The position numbers and the translations under genes were made by a program. Source: Oopsacas minuta (taxonomy: Eukaryota; Animalia; Porifera). From it: a DNA stretch of 64,000 nt. Positions within the stretch are counted from its first letter, which is position 1; every line of letters starts with the position of its first letter. Shown in pieces: positions 36,436 to 47,851 of this stretch. The stretch is taken from positions 248,001 through 312,000 of the forward strand of contig JAKMXF010000233.1 of the NCBI GenBank assembly GCA_024704765.1. The letters run 5' to 3'. The notes under the pieces were generated by a model. It saw only the letters and a program-made list of their open reading frames with translations. It was not told the DNA's origin and searched no databases.

Positions 36436-38344
36436 TCTGCAAAGTAGAAAAGTGGCTGTCTTGCTGTAGAAGTGATCCTATAGAATCATTTTTATCTGAG
36501 ATTATAAGGTTAGCTTGCTTCCTTACAGCAATTAGCTTTTCATGGTTGCATTTCATATCTATCCAGCAATTATTGGTAGATAATTGTATTAATAATTGTG
36601 TGGCTAGAATTTATGTTTAGTGGCTTTCAGAGTAACTCAGGTGTTTCAGGATTGTGTAATCATCATGTGGTTAATTTAACTTATATTTTATGAGCAATAT
36701 ATCTTATGAATTGAACTGACGCTAAGAAATTATTTATACCAAATTGGATATTATGAGTATTTGCTTTTCATACCATCAAAGTGGAATTCAAAAGTAGTTT
36801 GCTGCACACCATGCCCCTATACCAATATTTTTGTACACCTAGGTGCAGCCAAAGGATCAAAAGTGTTATCGAATTGAAATCACCTCTGTTTTAAAAAGCT
36901 AAATCGAAAGCTAGGAGTTAGACAAATATATTTACTGCCATCTTCTTCCTTGGAAGCGTTACGCATAATAATTCCTATCTAAATTCATACTAATGCAATT
37001 TGTAAGGGATATATTAATTCCAGACATAATTAGCTAGTTAATAGTTACGTATATGTTTTGTCGTTGGAATCTTATCTATACGTATACAAATAATTGCATT
37101 AAAATTTGTTCTAAACACAGATATATGTTGTTGTACAGAAGATTCCAATGAAATTCCCCAGTTAATTGCTGTACTATGCAATGAAAACAAACTATCAATT
37201 ATCAGTCGTATATCATTCTTATAGGCGCTCCTCATATTTCTGATTAATTAAAGATACAGTTGTAGAATTATATATTCCAGTTCTACAAATAACTAAATAT
37301 ACTGATCAGTATTATAGTGGTGCCATTGATTTTGTATTTGTGAACTTCAGTTATATGCGTAAGTATTGGAAATTTCGCGTCTATATGTTACATACACTTG
37401 CAGTTTATATATAAATTTGTTCGATTTAATGTCATAGTTGTAGAGAGTATTAATTGCTTATTTCATTCGTTACTAAATCCTTAATCAACGGTAACGAACA
37501 TTAAGTTGAAACATTAATTTTTGCAGATACATTTCCTGATTCGCTTCAAGGAAAGTTTTCTAAATCTTGAAAACATACAATTTTACAATCTGGCATTAAA
37601 ATTTTGTGCGTACATAGAAATTGTTTATGAACCAAAATATCAAATTGTTTGTTTGTTTTTCTAGGGGCAAAATGTATTTTTCACTGTATTTTATTTTGGA
37701 AAATTGCATATTATCAACTTTTCAAAGAAGTCAGGAATCTTAGTACTATGATATCTGATATCAATGTTTGTTCGTTGTAATATATTTCATCTTATAGAGA
37801 GAATTACTAACTATTCATTTCATATAACGATAAACATTCACTAAAGCTCAGTTTATCTCTCCAATGTATCCTACGTAATAGTTTATATACTTATCATATC
37901 CACAAATGCATTATGTGTGAAAACGTATATGAAATTGACAATAAACCGCAGTTGGTGTTATATTATTAAAAGTTCATTTCGTAGATAAAAATGTTAACCA
38001 ACTGAAAAGCCAATAATTAAGAGTCAGGTTTCATGACTGTACTGTAGTTATCTAGTTTGTTAGAAGGTTAGCATATAAACTTTTATCCATAAATCAACCA
38101 AAATACTTGTAGCATAGAAAATTGAATGTAACACTCATTCATAGGGTAAAGAATCCATAAAATGGTTAAAGTGGTCCATTGTAGTATGTCTTATCACTCT
38201 CAGAGTTTACATTATTAAAATTCCTTTTATGAAGCATATATATATACGTGTATATATATCTTGTTAAAAACTGTAGTCCATTTAGTCTTGCTGGAGTATT
38301 ACACATTTTCCCTTCACCATATCTCCATTACAAATTGAACTAGC

Positions 38345-39991
38345 ATGGCACTACAAAATGCATTAGCACAGATAGTCACATCACTGCGACATGAATCACA
38401 AAATACACAGAAAGAAAATCATAAAGATTCCAAACTTCAGCTACTTGAAGATATCTTACACCCGAATTTCACTGCTATCGTTAAAATGTATGACGCAATT
38501 ACAACAGGCAATACTCCGGAAGATAACATTAAAAACATTACTGACATGGTACATGAAATACAAGACGATTTAACTGGCTCCGCAGACGAACACGACACCG
38601 AATTATTAAACATTATACAAAAATCTGGGATGAAAAGTATTTTTGAATGCGTACATGATATTTCTAACAAGAAATTCATCCCTAACTACGAGCCAGATAA
38701 AGTTCCTTTGGAAGAAGAATCATTCGATTTAAGAGCAGTTGATATAGAATTTGAAAAACCAAATTCCACGTTAGGTTTCACTTTAAAAATGGAATACGGA
38801 CAAGTTAAAGTTGCTCGAATAATTCAACATGGATTCGTTGCAATTAACGGGATTCTCTCAGCCGGTGACGTCATCTTGTATGTAAATGATGAGAAAATTG
38901 ACAGCAATTATACTGAAATTGACGTGCAGGCACTCTTACAACAAGCTACTGGTATTCTTAAAATGAAAATATTGCCTTCAAATAAACCACCTAGACTGCC
39001 AATGGACAACTATTTTGTTCAAGCTAATTTCCATTATCATACAATCACTGATAAATTGTTACCAGCGAAAAGTGTTGGATTGAGCTTTAAGAAAGGAGAT
39101 ATTCTACAGATTCTTAGCCAAGAGGATCAATATTGGTGGCAAGCTAAATTGGTATCAAGAAATGGTCCTACTGATTTCTGCGGTTTGATTCCTAGTTTGG
39201 TTTTCGAAGAGAGAAGGCGAGCTAAAACTTATAAAAAGCGCTTACGAAATAACGGAGATGAAGACACAACTTGTAAATGCTATCCATCTAAAATGAAAAG
39301 TATGAAACACAGCTATTCGTCGGTTTCCACTGAAATATCAAGTACATTGGACCAATACGAAATGCATTTATACGAAGAAGTCGCGCAAGTACCTTCATTT
39401 GATCGAAAAAGCATTGTCATCATATCTACACCATATTCTCTACGGAAATTCCTTGTTAATGCGATTGTCAACAGAGACACGGGAAATTTCTTAAAGCCCC
39501 TCGAATACACTAACAATACAAATGGTTTAACTGAATCTAACATAAAACGTGCATACACACCGACAGAGCAACTTGTGAGTGAAATTCAGAGCCAAATATT
39601 CCTCACTGTATCGAAGTATGATAACTTTTATACTTGTATAAAAGAGGACTCTATCAAGGAAATTATTGCAAATGAAAAGATCTGTGTGATTGATGTTGAA
39701 GAGCAAGATATTAAGTTATTAAAGCGAGTCATATTTGCACCATTAATTATCCAAGTACGTACCCAGCATATATCTGTATTGCGTGAGTACAGCAATAGTT
39801 TGCCACACAAACATAAGCTACAATCCCTGTCTACACACATTAAAGAATCAGACCGTATATTGTCACAGTATGGACATCTAATAGATGTTGTTGTGGATAT
39901 TTCACCCACAAGAATGGTTGAGAATATTCTAGAAGCAAGAGACAAGTTCAGTAACGGTCCGCAATGGGTACCTGCATCTTGGGTGTATTAA
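38345..39991 (+). CDS. MAGUK p55-subfamily scaffold (L27-PDZ-SH3-GK), 548 aa, intronless
   Basis: PDZ (LGFTLK...VARIIQHG...GILSAGDVILYVN), SH3 (VQANFHY...GLSFKKGDILQILSQEDQYWWQA...GLIPS) and GK ending QWVPASWVY. The exact MPP ortholog is not resolvable by eye. Confidence 0.9.
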   Translation: MALQNALAQIVTSLRHESQNTQKENHKDSKLQLLEDILHPNFTAIVKMYDAITTGNTPEDNIKNITDMVHEIQDDLTGSADEHDTELLNIIQKSGMKSIFECVHDISNKKFIPNYEPDKVPLEEESFDLRAVDIEFEKPNSTLGFTLKMEYGQVKVARIIQHGFVAINGILSAGDVILYVNDEKIDSNYTEIDVQALLQQATGILKMKILPSNKPPRLPMDNYFVQANFHYHTITDKLLPAKSVGLSFKKGDILQILSQEDQYWWQAKLVSRNGPTDFCGLIPSLVFEERRRAKTYKKRLRNNGDEDTTCKCYPSKMKSMKHSYSSVSTEISSTLDQYEMHLYEEVAQVPSFDRKSIVIISTPYSLRKFLVNAIVNRDTGNFLKPLEYTNNTNGLTESNIKRAYTPTEQLVSEIQSQIFLTVSKYDNFYTCIKEDSIKEIIANEKICVIDVEEQDIKLLKRVIFAPLIIQVRTQHISVLREYSNSLPHKHKLQSLSTHIKESDRILSQYGHLIDVVVDISPTRMVENILEARDKFSNGPQWVPASWVY

Positions 39992-40260
39992 TTGAACAGT
40001 ACAGGAAGTTTTGTCTTATTTGATGGCATTTTTGCAGATTCATGAGTTTTATTGATATTATTAATGTTGTAATTATATCACTTTTACCCTTTCATACACA
40101 GTTTCATTTTGTTTTGAGATATTCCAAATTTTGAAAGAATGTACTATTTTACTGTTATATTCTTCTTCTAGGGCCAAAAATTTCAAACTTTTGCGCAAAA
40201 TCAATCATTCCAAATTCAAATTAATTATCTCATAACATATATAGTACAGAAGAGTTCGCT

Positions 40261-40381
40261 TATTAGCAAGTCGTATTTTGCACAAATTTCCCTCGCTAAT
40301 GAACTTGCTATTAGAGGAATTATTTCCAATGCTGAATGGACTATATGTCCCCGAAAAACTTGCCATAGCGATTTGCTAATA
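40261..40381. repeat. Dispersed repeat family (TATTAGCAA...TTGCACGAATTTCCCTTGCTA), best copy
   Basis: Short inverted ends TATTAGCAA/TTGCTAATA. Related copies at ~14005-14090, ~22386-22490, ~30135-30240 (inverted) and ~44892-44950. Confidence 0.7.
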
Positions 40382-40550
40382 AGCCAACAACATCAACGAA
40401 AATATATGAATGTAATATACGTAGATGAACTTTTCAGTAAATATCACCTGATCTTTTGAACGGATGATAATTACGAGTGTATATATATAGAAATAGGCTG
40501 TCGAATATCTGAATTACAAATCTAGGAATTTTACTATTATTTGCATAAAC

Positions 40551-42074
40551 ATGACAACTACATTACTAACAACCAATTTCTCTTTTATCCTGCAATCCCT
40601 ACTCATTCTATTTATAATCACTGTTTTGTATTTTATCAAATTTCGCAAGAGACCCATTTCTCTGCCACAAGGAAAACGTCTACCACCTGTAGTGCCACAT
40701 TCTGTCCCATTCCTCGGACATGCTGTATCTTTCGGAAAGGATCCATTGAATTTCCTACAATCTAGTAGAGATAAATACGGTGATGTTTTCACTTTTAGGA
40801 TGATAGGAATGGATTTTACTTATCTTCTCGGTTCGGACGCTTGTACTTTGTTTTTCAATAGCAAAAATGAGGATTTGAACGCAGAAGATGTGTACCAGAA
40901 AATAACTACACCTGTTTTTGGTGAGGGAGTTGCTTATGATGTGCCGAATAAGGTTTTCGGTGAGCAAAAACGTATGATGAAAACGGGCCTAACAATTGCT
41001 AGATTCCGTAATTACGTTCCGTATATCGAGCAAGAAGCGGAGTTATACACTAGGAATTGGAGTACAAATGAAGCAGAAATAGATATTTTCATGGCCATGT
41101 CTGAGTTGGTGATTAATACAGCTAGTCGATGTTTACATGGTAAAGAGATCCGTAGCAAGTTGGATGAGGGAGTAGCACAATTGTATCTCGACTTAGACAA
41201 AGGATTTTCGCAATTAGCATGGCTGTTACCCGCTTGGCTGCCTCTACCAAGTTTTAGGACGCGAGATAAAGCGCACCATAAGATGAAAAAGATGTTTCGT
41301 AGTGTGATAGCGAATAGACGTGTTAACCCTGATTCAGATCAGGAAGACGATTTCCTTCACGTTTTGATAAATTCACAGTATAAATCTGGTACGAATTTAT
41401 CTGACGAGGAAATTGCCGGTATGTTGATTGCCATGCTTATGGCAGGACAACATACTTCATCAACTACGTCCGCGTGGTTGATTTTATTTCTGTCACAGGA
41501 TAAAACACTCCAGGATCGTGTTTATGAAGAACTAATGGCTGTATGTGGTGACGAATTGTCATATGATGACGTCAAGAATTGTGATTTCCTTGACAGATGT
41601 GTACGGGAGACTTTACGAGTACGGCCGCCGTTAATGACACTAATGCGCATGTGTAGAGTTCAGCAGACAGTAGGGGAGTTTTGTATTCCTGTTGGACACC
41701 AAGTATGTGTATCCCCGTCTATTAATCAACAGGGCAAGGATGTATGGTCCGCCCCTGTGACTGGATTTGACCCCGATCGGTATTTGGATCCTAATGAGGG
41801 CCAAGTACCTGTTTGTGAAAGAGGTTGCCCTGCGAAATTTCACACTTTAGATACTGAATCGCAGGAAAAATTCAATTACATACCTTTTGGTGCAGGTCGG
41901 CATCGTTGTGTTGGGGAACTATTTGCTTATGTTCAGATAAAGTCTCTGATTGCTTATCTTGTTCGACATTTTGAATTCGAATTGATAGATGGTAGATTTC
42001 CTGAAATAAACTATGCTACTATGATTCATACGCCTAAAGACCCGATTATTCGATACAGAAGAAGGATTATTTAG
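40551..42074 (+). CDS. CYP51: Sterol 14-alpha demethylase (cytochrome P450 51), 507 aa, intronless
   Basis: N-terminal anchor, YQKITTPVFGEGVAYD, I-helix AGQHTSSTT, ETLR, heme motif FGAGRHRCVG. Confidence 0.96.
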   Translation: MTTTLLTTNFSFILQSLLILFIITVLYFIKFRKRPISLPQGKRLPPVVPHSVPFLGHAVSFGKDPLNFLQSSRDKYGDVFTFRMIGMDFTYLLGSDACTLFFNSKNEDLNAEDVYQKITTPVFGEGVAYDVPNKVFGEQKRMMKTGLTIARFRNYVPYIEQEAELYTRNWSTNEAEIDIFMAMSELVINTASRCLHGKEIRSKLDEGVAQLYLDLDKGFSQLAWLLPAWLPLPSFRTRDKAHHKMKKMFRSVIANRRVNPDSDQEDDFLHVLINSQYKSGTNLSDEEIAGMLIAMLMAGQHTSSTTSAWLILFLSQDKTLQDRVYEELMAVCGDELSYDDVKNCDFLDRCVRETLRVRPPLMTLMRMCRVQQTVGEFCIPVGHQVCVSPSINQQGKDVWSAPVTGFDPDRYLDPNEGQVPVCERGCPAKFHTLDTESQEKFNYIPFGAGRHRCVGELFAYVQIKSLIAYLVRHFEFELIDGRFPEINYATMIHTPKDPIIRYRRRII

Positions 42075-42685
42075 ATTTTATTCTCTCTTTTTTGTAGAGA
42101 CTTTAGTTATTAGAAGCTTTTACTTACTCAAATTGAGTATTTTTATATTTACTATCTTTTTAACACTTTTATCATTAGAATGCGACTGGACGCATGGGGG
42201 TAAGGAGGCTTGCAGCTTGTGCAGGGTGGTCCCAAGAACTGGCATACACGGGATCTTCAAACCCGAGGCTAATGTTTTGTTTTCCCCTCACTACGACCGC
42301 AACTGAGCTTGTACCCCCAGACTTTGTGACCCATTTTACAAATACTTTCAGATATAAAGTTATAAACCCCCCTGGAGTTGTCTAGCTAACTTATTTTAGA
42401 AAGTTCGGAGCCCTTGGGAACAACAATAGAATATTTTCTAAGATAATTATAGATAATCATTTGATTCCTTTACAAGGGATTTTGAACCTACAACAGCCAA
42501 TAGAAATTGTACAATTGTAAAATATTATAGTAACTAAAAAATGGGCATTATAATATACACAAAATTTTGCCTCTTGAAATTCAAAATTGAACCTGGAAGT
42601 GCAATTTGTGACTTGTGCCCTGCCCTTTTGCACTAGCTAGAGTCAGTTTTTTTCGTGAGAAAAGACGCAGAACAATGTATGAATA

Positions 42686-43981
42686 ATGTTATCCATAGCC
42701 CCTGCTATTAGAATGTGTAGTGTATCACAGTTTTACAGTACCCGAGGTATCCATGACATTGATGATAAGTATAAATCCCGTCCTGACGAGCTAGAAGCTA
42801 TCTTGCCTATTATACCAACGTCTTCTCTCTACACACAACCGTTCCAGGTTCCCCCTGGCCACGATCCAGCTACGTATCTAACCCAGCTAGCTGCGATACC
42901 CTCAGAAAATGGTGACAATGTCCCTGAGATAAAGTTCGATCATGGTACAACTACGCTAGCTTTCAAGTACAAGAATGGAGTTATAGTAGCAGTAGATAGT
43001 AGAGCTACTGCTGGTGCCTGGATAGCTAGTCAGACTGTGAAGAAGGTTATTGAGATCAATCCTTATCTACTAGGTGAGATTTTGTGATACTGTCTACTCG
43101 CGTTATATAGAAACCCGCTTATATCCAAGTAATTATCACGGAGCTTCGATCTAACGGGAGTTGTCTGATAATTTAGGTAATGATATCATGAATTATAATA
43201 CAGCTGGAGCCAGTGGTTTTATTGTAAGTACCATAATCTATCTTCTGGTCCATAAATTCATGTTTGAACTATTCATGTGTAAACCTAAATTTCCTCATAC
43301 TATAGGTACTATGGCGGGTGGAGCAGCTGACTGCAGCTACTGGGAGAGGAGACTAGCTAGAGAATGCAGACTGTATCAGCTCAGAAATAAAGAACGTATT
43401 TCAGTAGCAGCTGCCTCTAAAGTACTATCTAACTTCCTGTACTATTATAAAGGCATGGGACTTAGTGTTGGTACTATGATATGTGGGTGGGACACGAAAG
43501 GACCGGGATTATACTACGTAGATACAGATGGTACTCGTATGACACATCATGTATTCTCTGTGGGGTCTGGATCTGTGTATGCTTATGGGGTGTTAGATGC
43601 TGGATTGAAATGGGATCTTACTGATGAGCAGGCTTATGACTTAGGTAATGTTTAAGATATTTCTTATAGTATGCTCTGGTAATTGGTAATCGTTCGGGAA
43701 GATCAAAAAGTACGTATTAACTTCCACAAACGAGGTCCCAGAGAATCGGAAAATACTACCTCGTCCCTATCAAATTCCCCGTAATTGTGGAGGTACATTG
43801 TAATTATATTTAACCTATATCATCAGGTCGTCGCTCCATCTACCACGCTACATACAGAGATGCATACAGTGGTGGTGTAGTTAACCTGTATCACATGAAG
43901 GAGACAGGATGGATTAAGATATCACAGGATAATGTTATGGATCTACACTACAAGTATGCTGATGAGAAAATAGCTCAGTAA
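42686..43981 (+). CDS. PSMB5: Proteasome subunit beta type-5, 3 exons, 293 aa
   Basis: Exons 42686-43073, 43306-43644 and 43827-43981. Propeptide then HG|TTTLAF...[28 protein letters not shown]. Confidence 0.94.
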
Positions 43982-44069
43982 ATACAGTATAGAGTATAAC
44001 ATATAGTGTAGCTGGTTAGATTATTGTCTATTCTGTGATATATCTAGTAGGCATACTAAGGTATAAGGT

Positions 44070-44430
44070 GAGATATGCTATGGGAGTTATGTTAGTTACT
44101 TGGGAATACCCTTACGAATCTCCCGATATTGGAGGTTTCCAGGTTGAGAGCCTTGAATTGTATACCAATATAGCACATTCTGTTGATCCCCCCCATATAC
44201 TGCAATACATATTTTGAGATTCTCTGCTGTCGTCCGTGGATCTCAGGTTGGTAATCGCTGTATTTTGTCACTGAAATGCACAGTTGACTTATTTATTGAA
44301 AATTGGCGACTAATTATTGATCCAAATTTAAGCTATTTGTAATCTACTCTAGACTCTAGAGCGTACAAATCCAAGGATAAGAACTTATAATTACCGTGTA
44401 ACTTCCATTAACGGATGCCAGGGAGGCCGA
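44070..44430 (+). pseudogene. Possible degraded FN3-repeat coding fragment
   Basis: Frame-broken pieces LVTWEYPYESPDIGGFQVE, PYTAIHILRFSAVVRG and TYNYRVTSING resemble FN3 strands; stops present and no start context. Confidence 0.3.
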
Positions 44431-44643
44431 AATATGTACACAGTTTGTGGAGGTTTATTTGCATGGGACTAGGAATCGCCTTATTGTTTTTCCTGGCGTT
44501 TCCAATTCCACAGGCCTCGTTTGTGGAGCAGGTTACACTCTGCATATATAAATTTATGCAATGTCTATATGTATCTTATCTTGTTAATTGATTTCTATTA
44601 ATTACCTATTCTCCTATCACTAGACAGATATTAGCTAATAATA

Positions 44644-46252
44644 ATGAGGATATTACTACTACTGAGTACTATACTGTTACTTCCTGTAACTTCAGGATTG
44701 GTACAAGATTTGACTAATGAGAATTTTGATCAGTTTGTTGGTGGGGATATGGCAGCTCTGGTAGAGTTCTATGCTCCATGGTGTGGACACTGTAAGAGAC
44801 TAGCTCCTGAATGGGAGAAGGTATTATTACACCATTTATCAATGTATAAAGGTATATGAGAACTGATTTCCAGAGGATGGTTCTTATAGCCTATTAGCAA
44901 GTAGTATTTTGCACGAATTTCCCTTGCTACTCAAACTTGCTTTTAGCATATGTATAGTAGGCTATGCTTCTAGGTAACACTACTGTATCATTATAACTAT
45001 TAATAGGCTGGAGAAGCGTTCGCTTCATCTACTGATGTCCTAATAGCTAAAGTAGATGCTGATGCTGATAAAGTACTCAACAGCAGATTCGGTGTTTCAG
45101 GATTTCCCACAATAAAATTCTTCCCAAAAGGGAGCGTTACACCAGAGGACTATACAGGTGGTAGAACAGCTGATGACATCATAGCTTACGTAGGAGAACG
45201 TACTGGTAGTAAGAGTAAGATCACTAAGCCTATTTCTAGTGTTATTGACTTAACACCTAGTAATTTTGATATGATTGTACAAGATGTGAATAAAGATGTG
45301 CTGGTGGAATTTTATGCGCCATGGTGCGGGCATTGTAAGAATCTGGCGCCTGTTTATGAGAAATTGGGCACTGCTTTTAAGAATGAGGAGAATTGTGTTG
45401 TTGCTAGGATTGATGCTGATGCTCATAGAGATATTGGTAAGTGAATTGGGCTATAATATAGTGTATGATGAAACCCTCGGATATTTGAGTTGGCTGTAAC
45501 AGAAACTCACTGTAAATACAGTATACCATGGGTAGAGATTCTTCTATATAGCTGAGCTATAGTATAGTACAGTTCTTTTGCAATACAAAAACCCATACCC
45601 TCATTCCAAAAGGCGACTTTCATTAATCCGGAAAAATGACCTTTCCTCGAAAATAGAAAAGCTAATACACAAAAACTGTACTATAGTATAGCTGAGCTAT
45701 ATATAAGCTATTTACCATGGATAACACACTTAAACACTATAATACATTAAGCACGTTTTCCATAATATTATATATGTACTGCGTATAATAGGACAGAGAT
45801 ATGAAGTGTCAGGTTTCCCTACTCTAAAATTCTACCCTAAAGACAATAAAGTAGGAGAGCCTTATAATGGAGGACGTACTGCTGAAGACTTTGTACAGTT
45901 CCTAAATGAGCGCTGTGGGGTAGAGAGAACCGTAGATGGTGATCTGGGTCCTAACGCGGGTGTAATCGCTTCTCTTGATGATGAAGTTGATGAGTTCATG
46001 TCTGCTGAAGCTGACAAGAAACCTGAAATATTAAAGAAAACACAGGAAGCTATTGATAGCCTTGAAGACAGTGAGAAGGCTGATTCAGCATATTATACTA
46101 AGGTCATGGAGAAGGTCATCGAGAAAGGTGAAGATTTTGTAGCCAATGAGTTTGATCGCTTAACTCGCATGATGACAGGAGGACAGTTATCCTCTGGGAA
46201 AATTGATTCATTTACAAAACGTAAGAATGTTCTAGCTCGTTTCAAAGATTAG
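44644..46252 (+). CDS. Protein disulfide isomerase, a-a'-D architecture (two CGHC domains plus ERp29-like helical C-domain), 3 exons, 355 aa
   Basis: Exons 44644-44820, 45007-45436 and 45792-46252. Signal peptide, [10 protein letters not shown] twice, GFPT[IL]KF; helical tail YYTKVMEKV...EFDRLTRMM...KRKNVLARF; ends RFKD with no KDEL. Confidence 0.9.
45526..45720. mobile_element. Foldback/MITE-like palindromic element in PDI intron 2
   Basis: Outer CCATGG ends; inner arms TATATAGCTGAGCTATAGTATAGTACAGTT / AACTGTACTATAGTATAGCTGAGCTATATA (30 bp, 2 mismatches). Confidence 0.6.
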
Positions 46253-46493
46253 TTTATCGTAACATTGTATTAGCAAAATTAGGTTTGATAGAGATTGTAT
46301 TAGCAGGTAATTAGGTGTTAGAATGTGAGTTTAGTATTTTATTTCTGTATAAGATTGTCCATTAATTACTAGTCTGTATGTGTTTATGGTTATTAGTACT
46401 CTAGGATTTGTTTATGAATACATTATGTGTATTATTACATTATGTCAGTGGATACGTGTTCGTATTAACGAGATTCCACTATACTCCCTAGAG

Positions 46494-46610
46494 CAGTGGT
46501 TCTCAACCTGGGCTCCATGGAGCCTTTGGTGACCACGGAAGATAGTAGGGGTTCGCAGAGTGTGTTAAAATTGGTATAGGGGTCCACTGGTGAAATAGGA
46601 TGAGAAGCGG
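46494..46610. mobile_element. hAT-type MITE fragment (CAGTGGTTCTCAACC terminus)
   Basis: Shares a GTGTTAAAATTG(G)TATAGGGG-like core with 53123-53221 and 58902-59026. Confidence 0.6.
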
Positions 46611-46707
46611 TACCATAGAGTATATTTAATGATTGACTGAGAATTGTGAAACGACAAATATTAACTTTTCCTATGCTTTTTCTAAAACTTAGCAAATATT
46701 AATTTCA

Positions 46708-47283
46708 ATGCGTAGCCTCCACAGAACTCTACAGAACTACTTCAAAAGTTCGAAATCCTCCTTATCATACTCTTATAATTACAACACGCTATCCTTACCT
46801 ATCAACAAATCACTTTTAAATCCTTCAATTAACTCAATTAATATACGATTCTTATCTGAATCAGCTGATCCCATTCCGTTACCAACTAAAGATATACCAG
46901 TTAAAATACAAAATATTGTGCAAGAAATCGGTGCACTAAATTTGATGGAAATTTCACAATTGAATTCTCATTTGAAAGAGACACTAGGCCTGTCTGATAT
47001 GCCGGTTATGTCAATGGGGGGCTCTATAGCTTCACAGCAGGAAGAAGAGGAAAAGAAACCGGAGCAAACAGAGTTCACTGTGAAATTAATAGGATTTGAA
47101 GTTGAAAAGAAGATAAAACTTATTAAAGAAGTGAAATCACTTCTCCCTGATTTGAATTTAGTCCAGGCTAAGAAATTCGTGGAAAATCCTCCTGGTGTTA
47201 TACGTAAAGATATTCCTAGAGAAGAAGCGGAAAAGTTGATGGAATTACTAAAATCTTTAGGGGGAAAAATAGAACTTGAATGA
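46708..47283 (+). CDS. MRPL12: Mitochondrial ribosomal protein L12 (bL12m), 191 aa
   Basis: Ser/Arg-rich presequence, LNLMEISQLNSHLKETLG dimerisation helix, EQTEFTVKL...KIKLIKEVK...NLVQAKKFVE. Confidence 0.93.
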   Translation: MRSLHRTLQNYFKSSKSSLSYSYNYNTLSLPINKSLLNPSINSINIRFLSESADPIPLPTKDIPVKIQNIVQEIGALNLMEISQLNSHLKETLGLSDMPVMSMGGSIASQQEEEEKKPEQTEFTVKLIGFEVEKKIKLIKEVKSLLPDLNLVQAKKFVENPPGVIRKDIPREEAEKLMELLKSLGGKIELE

Positions 47284-47501
47284 TAGCGGAAGGATCGTGA
47301 GGGTATAGTCTCGATATTGTAATGTAGTTTCGTTATTTTGTTTTACAATATACATTAGTTATATTTTTGATTAAATATTAATATTTATCAATTCTGTTAT
47401 TTTATTGTCGTAATTTCTAACTCACTGAAATATATTCGAGAATCATTTTATTAGGAATTATGGGTTAAAGAGTAAATGATTCATAGGAATAGCACGTGAA
47501 T

Positions 47502-47636
47502 CAGGGGTGGCGCCAGGAAATCTCTGACAAGGGGGCTTAGGTCCCCAATGGGGGGTCTAAATTTGTGATATAAATCCTAGAATACTACACAAATTTCTTC
47601 CAATTCCTTTCCCGGCGGGGGCTAGCGCCATCCCTG
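47502..47636. mobile_element. hAT-type MITE, 135 bp, with 8-bp target-site duplication
   Basis: ACGTGAAT|CAGGGGTGGCGCCAG ... CTAGCGCCATCCCTG|ACGTGAAT (perfect TSD). Confidence 0.9.
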
Positions 47637-47851
47637 ACGTGAATAGTAATCATATAATTATTATTCCTGTATTTCTTAAACAGGAATGGAATACACGACG
47701 AGTTCTACGGACTCTATCACCAAAAATATCCATAAAGAATGAGTAGACAAATCAATTGATCTACATTTCAATTAAATTATCAACGTAATTACATAAATAC
47801 CCAAAAATAAATAAATACGTCCAACTAAAGCTACTAATATCCTACACATAA

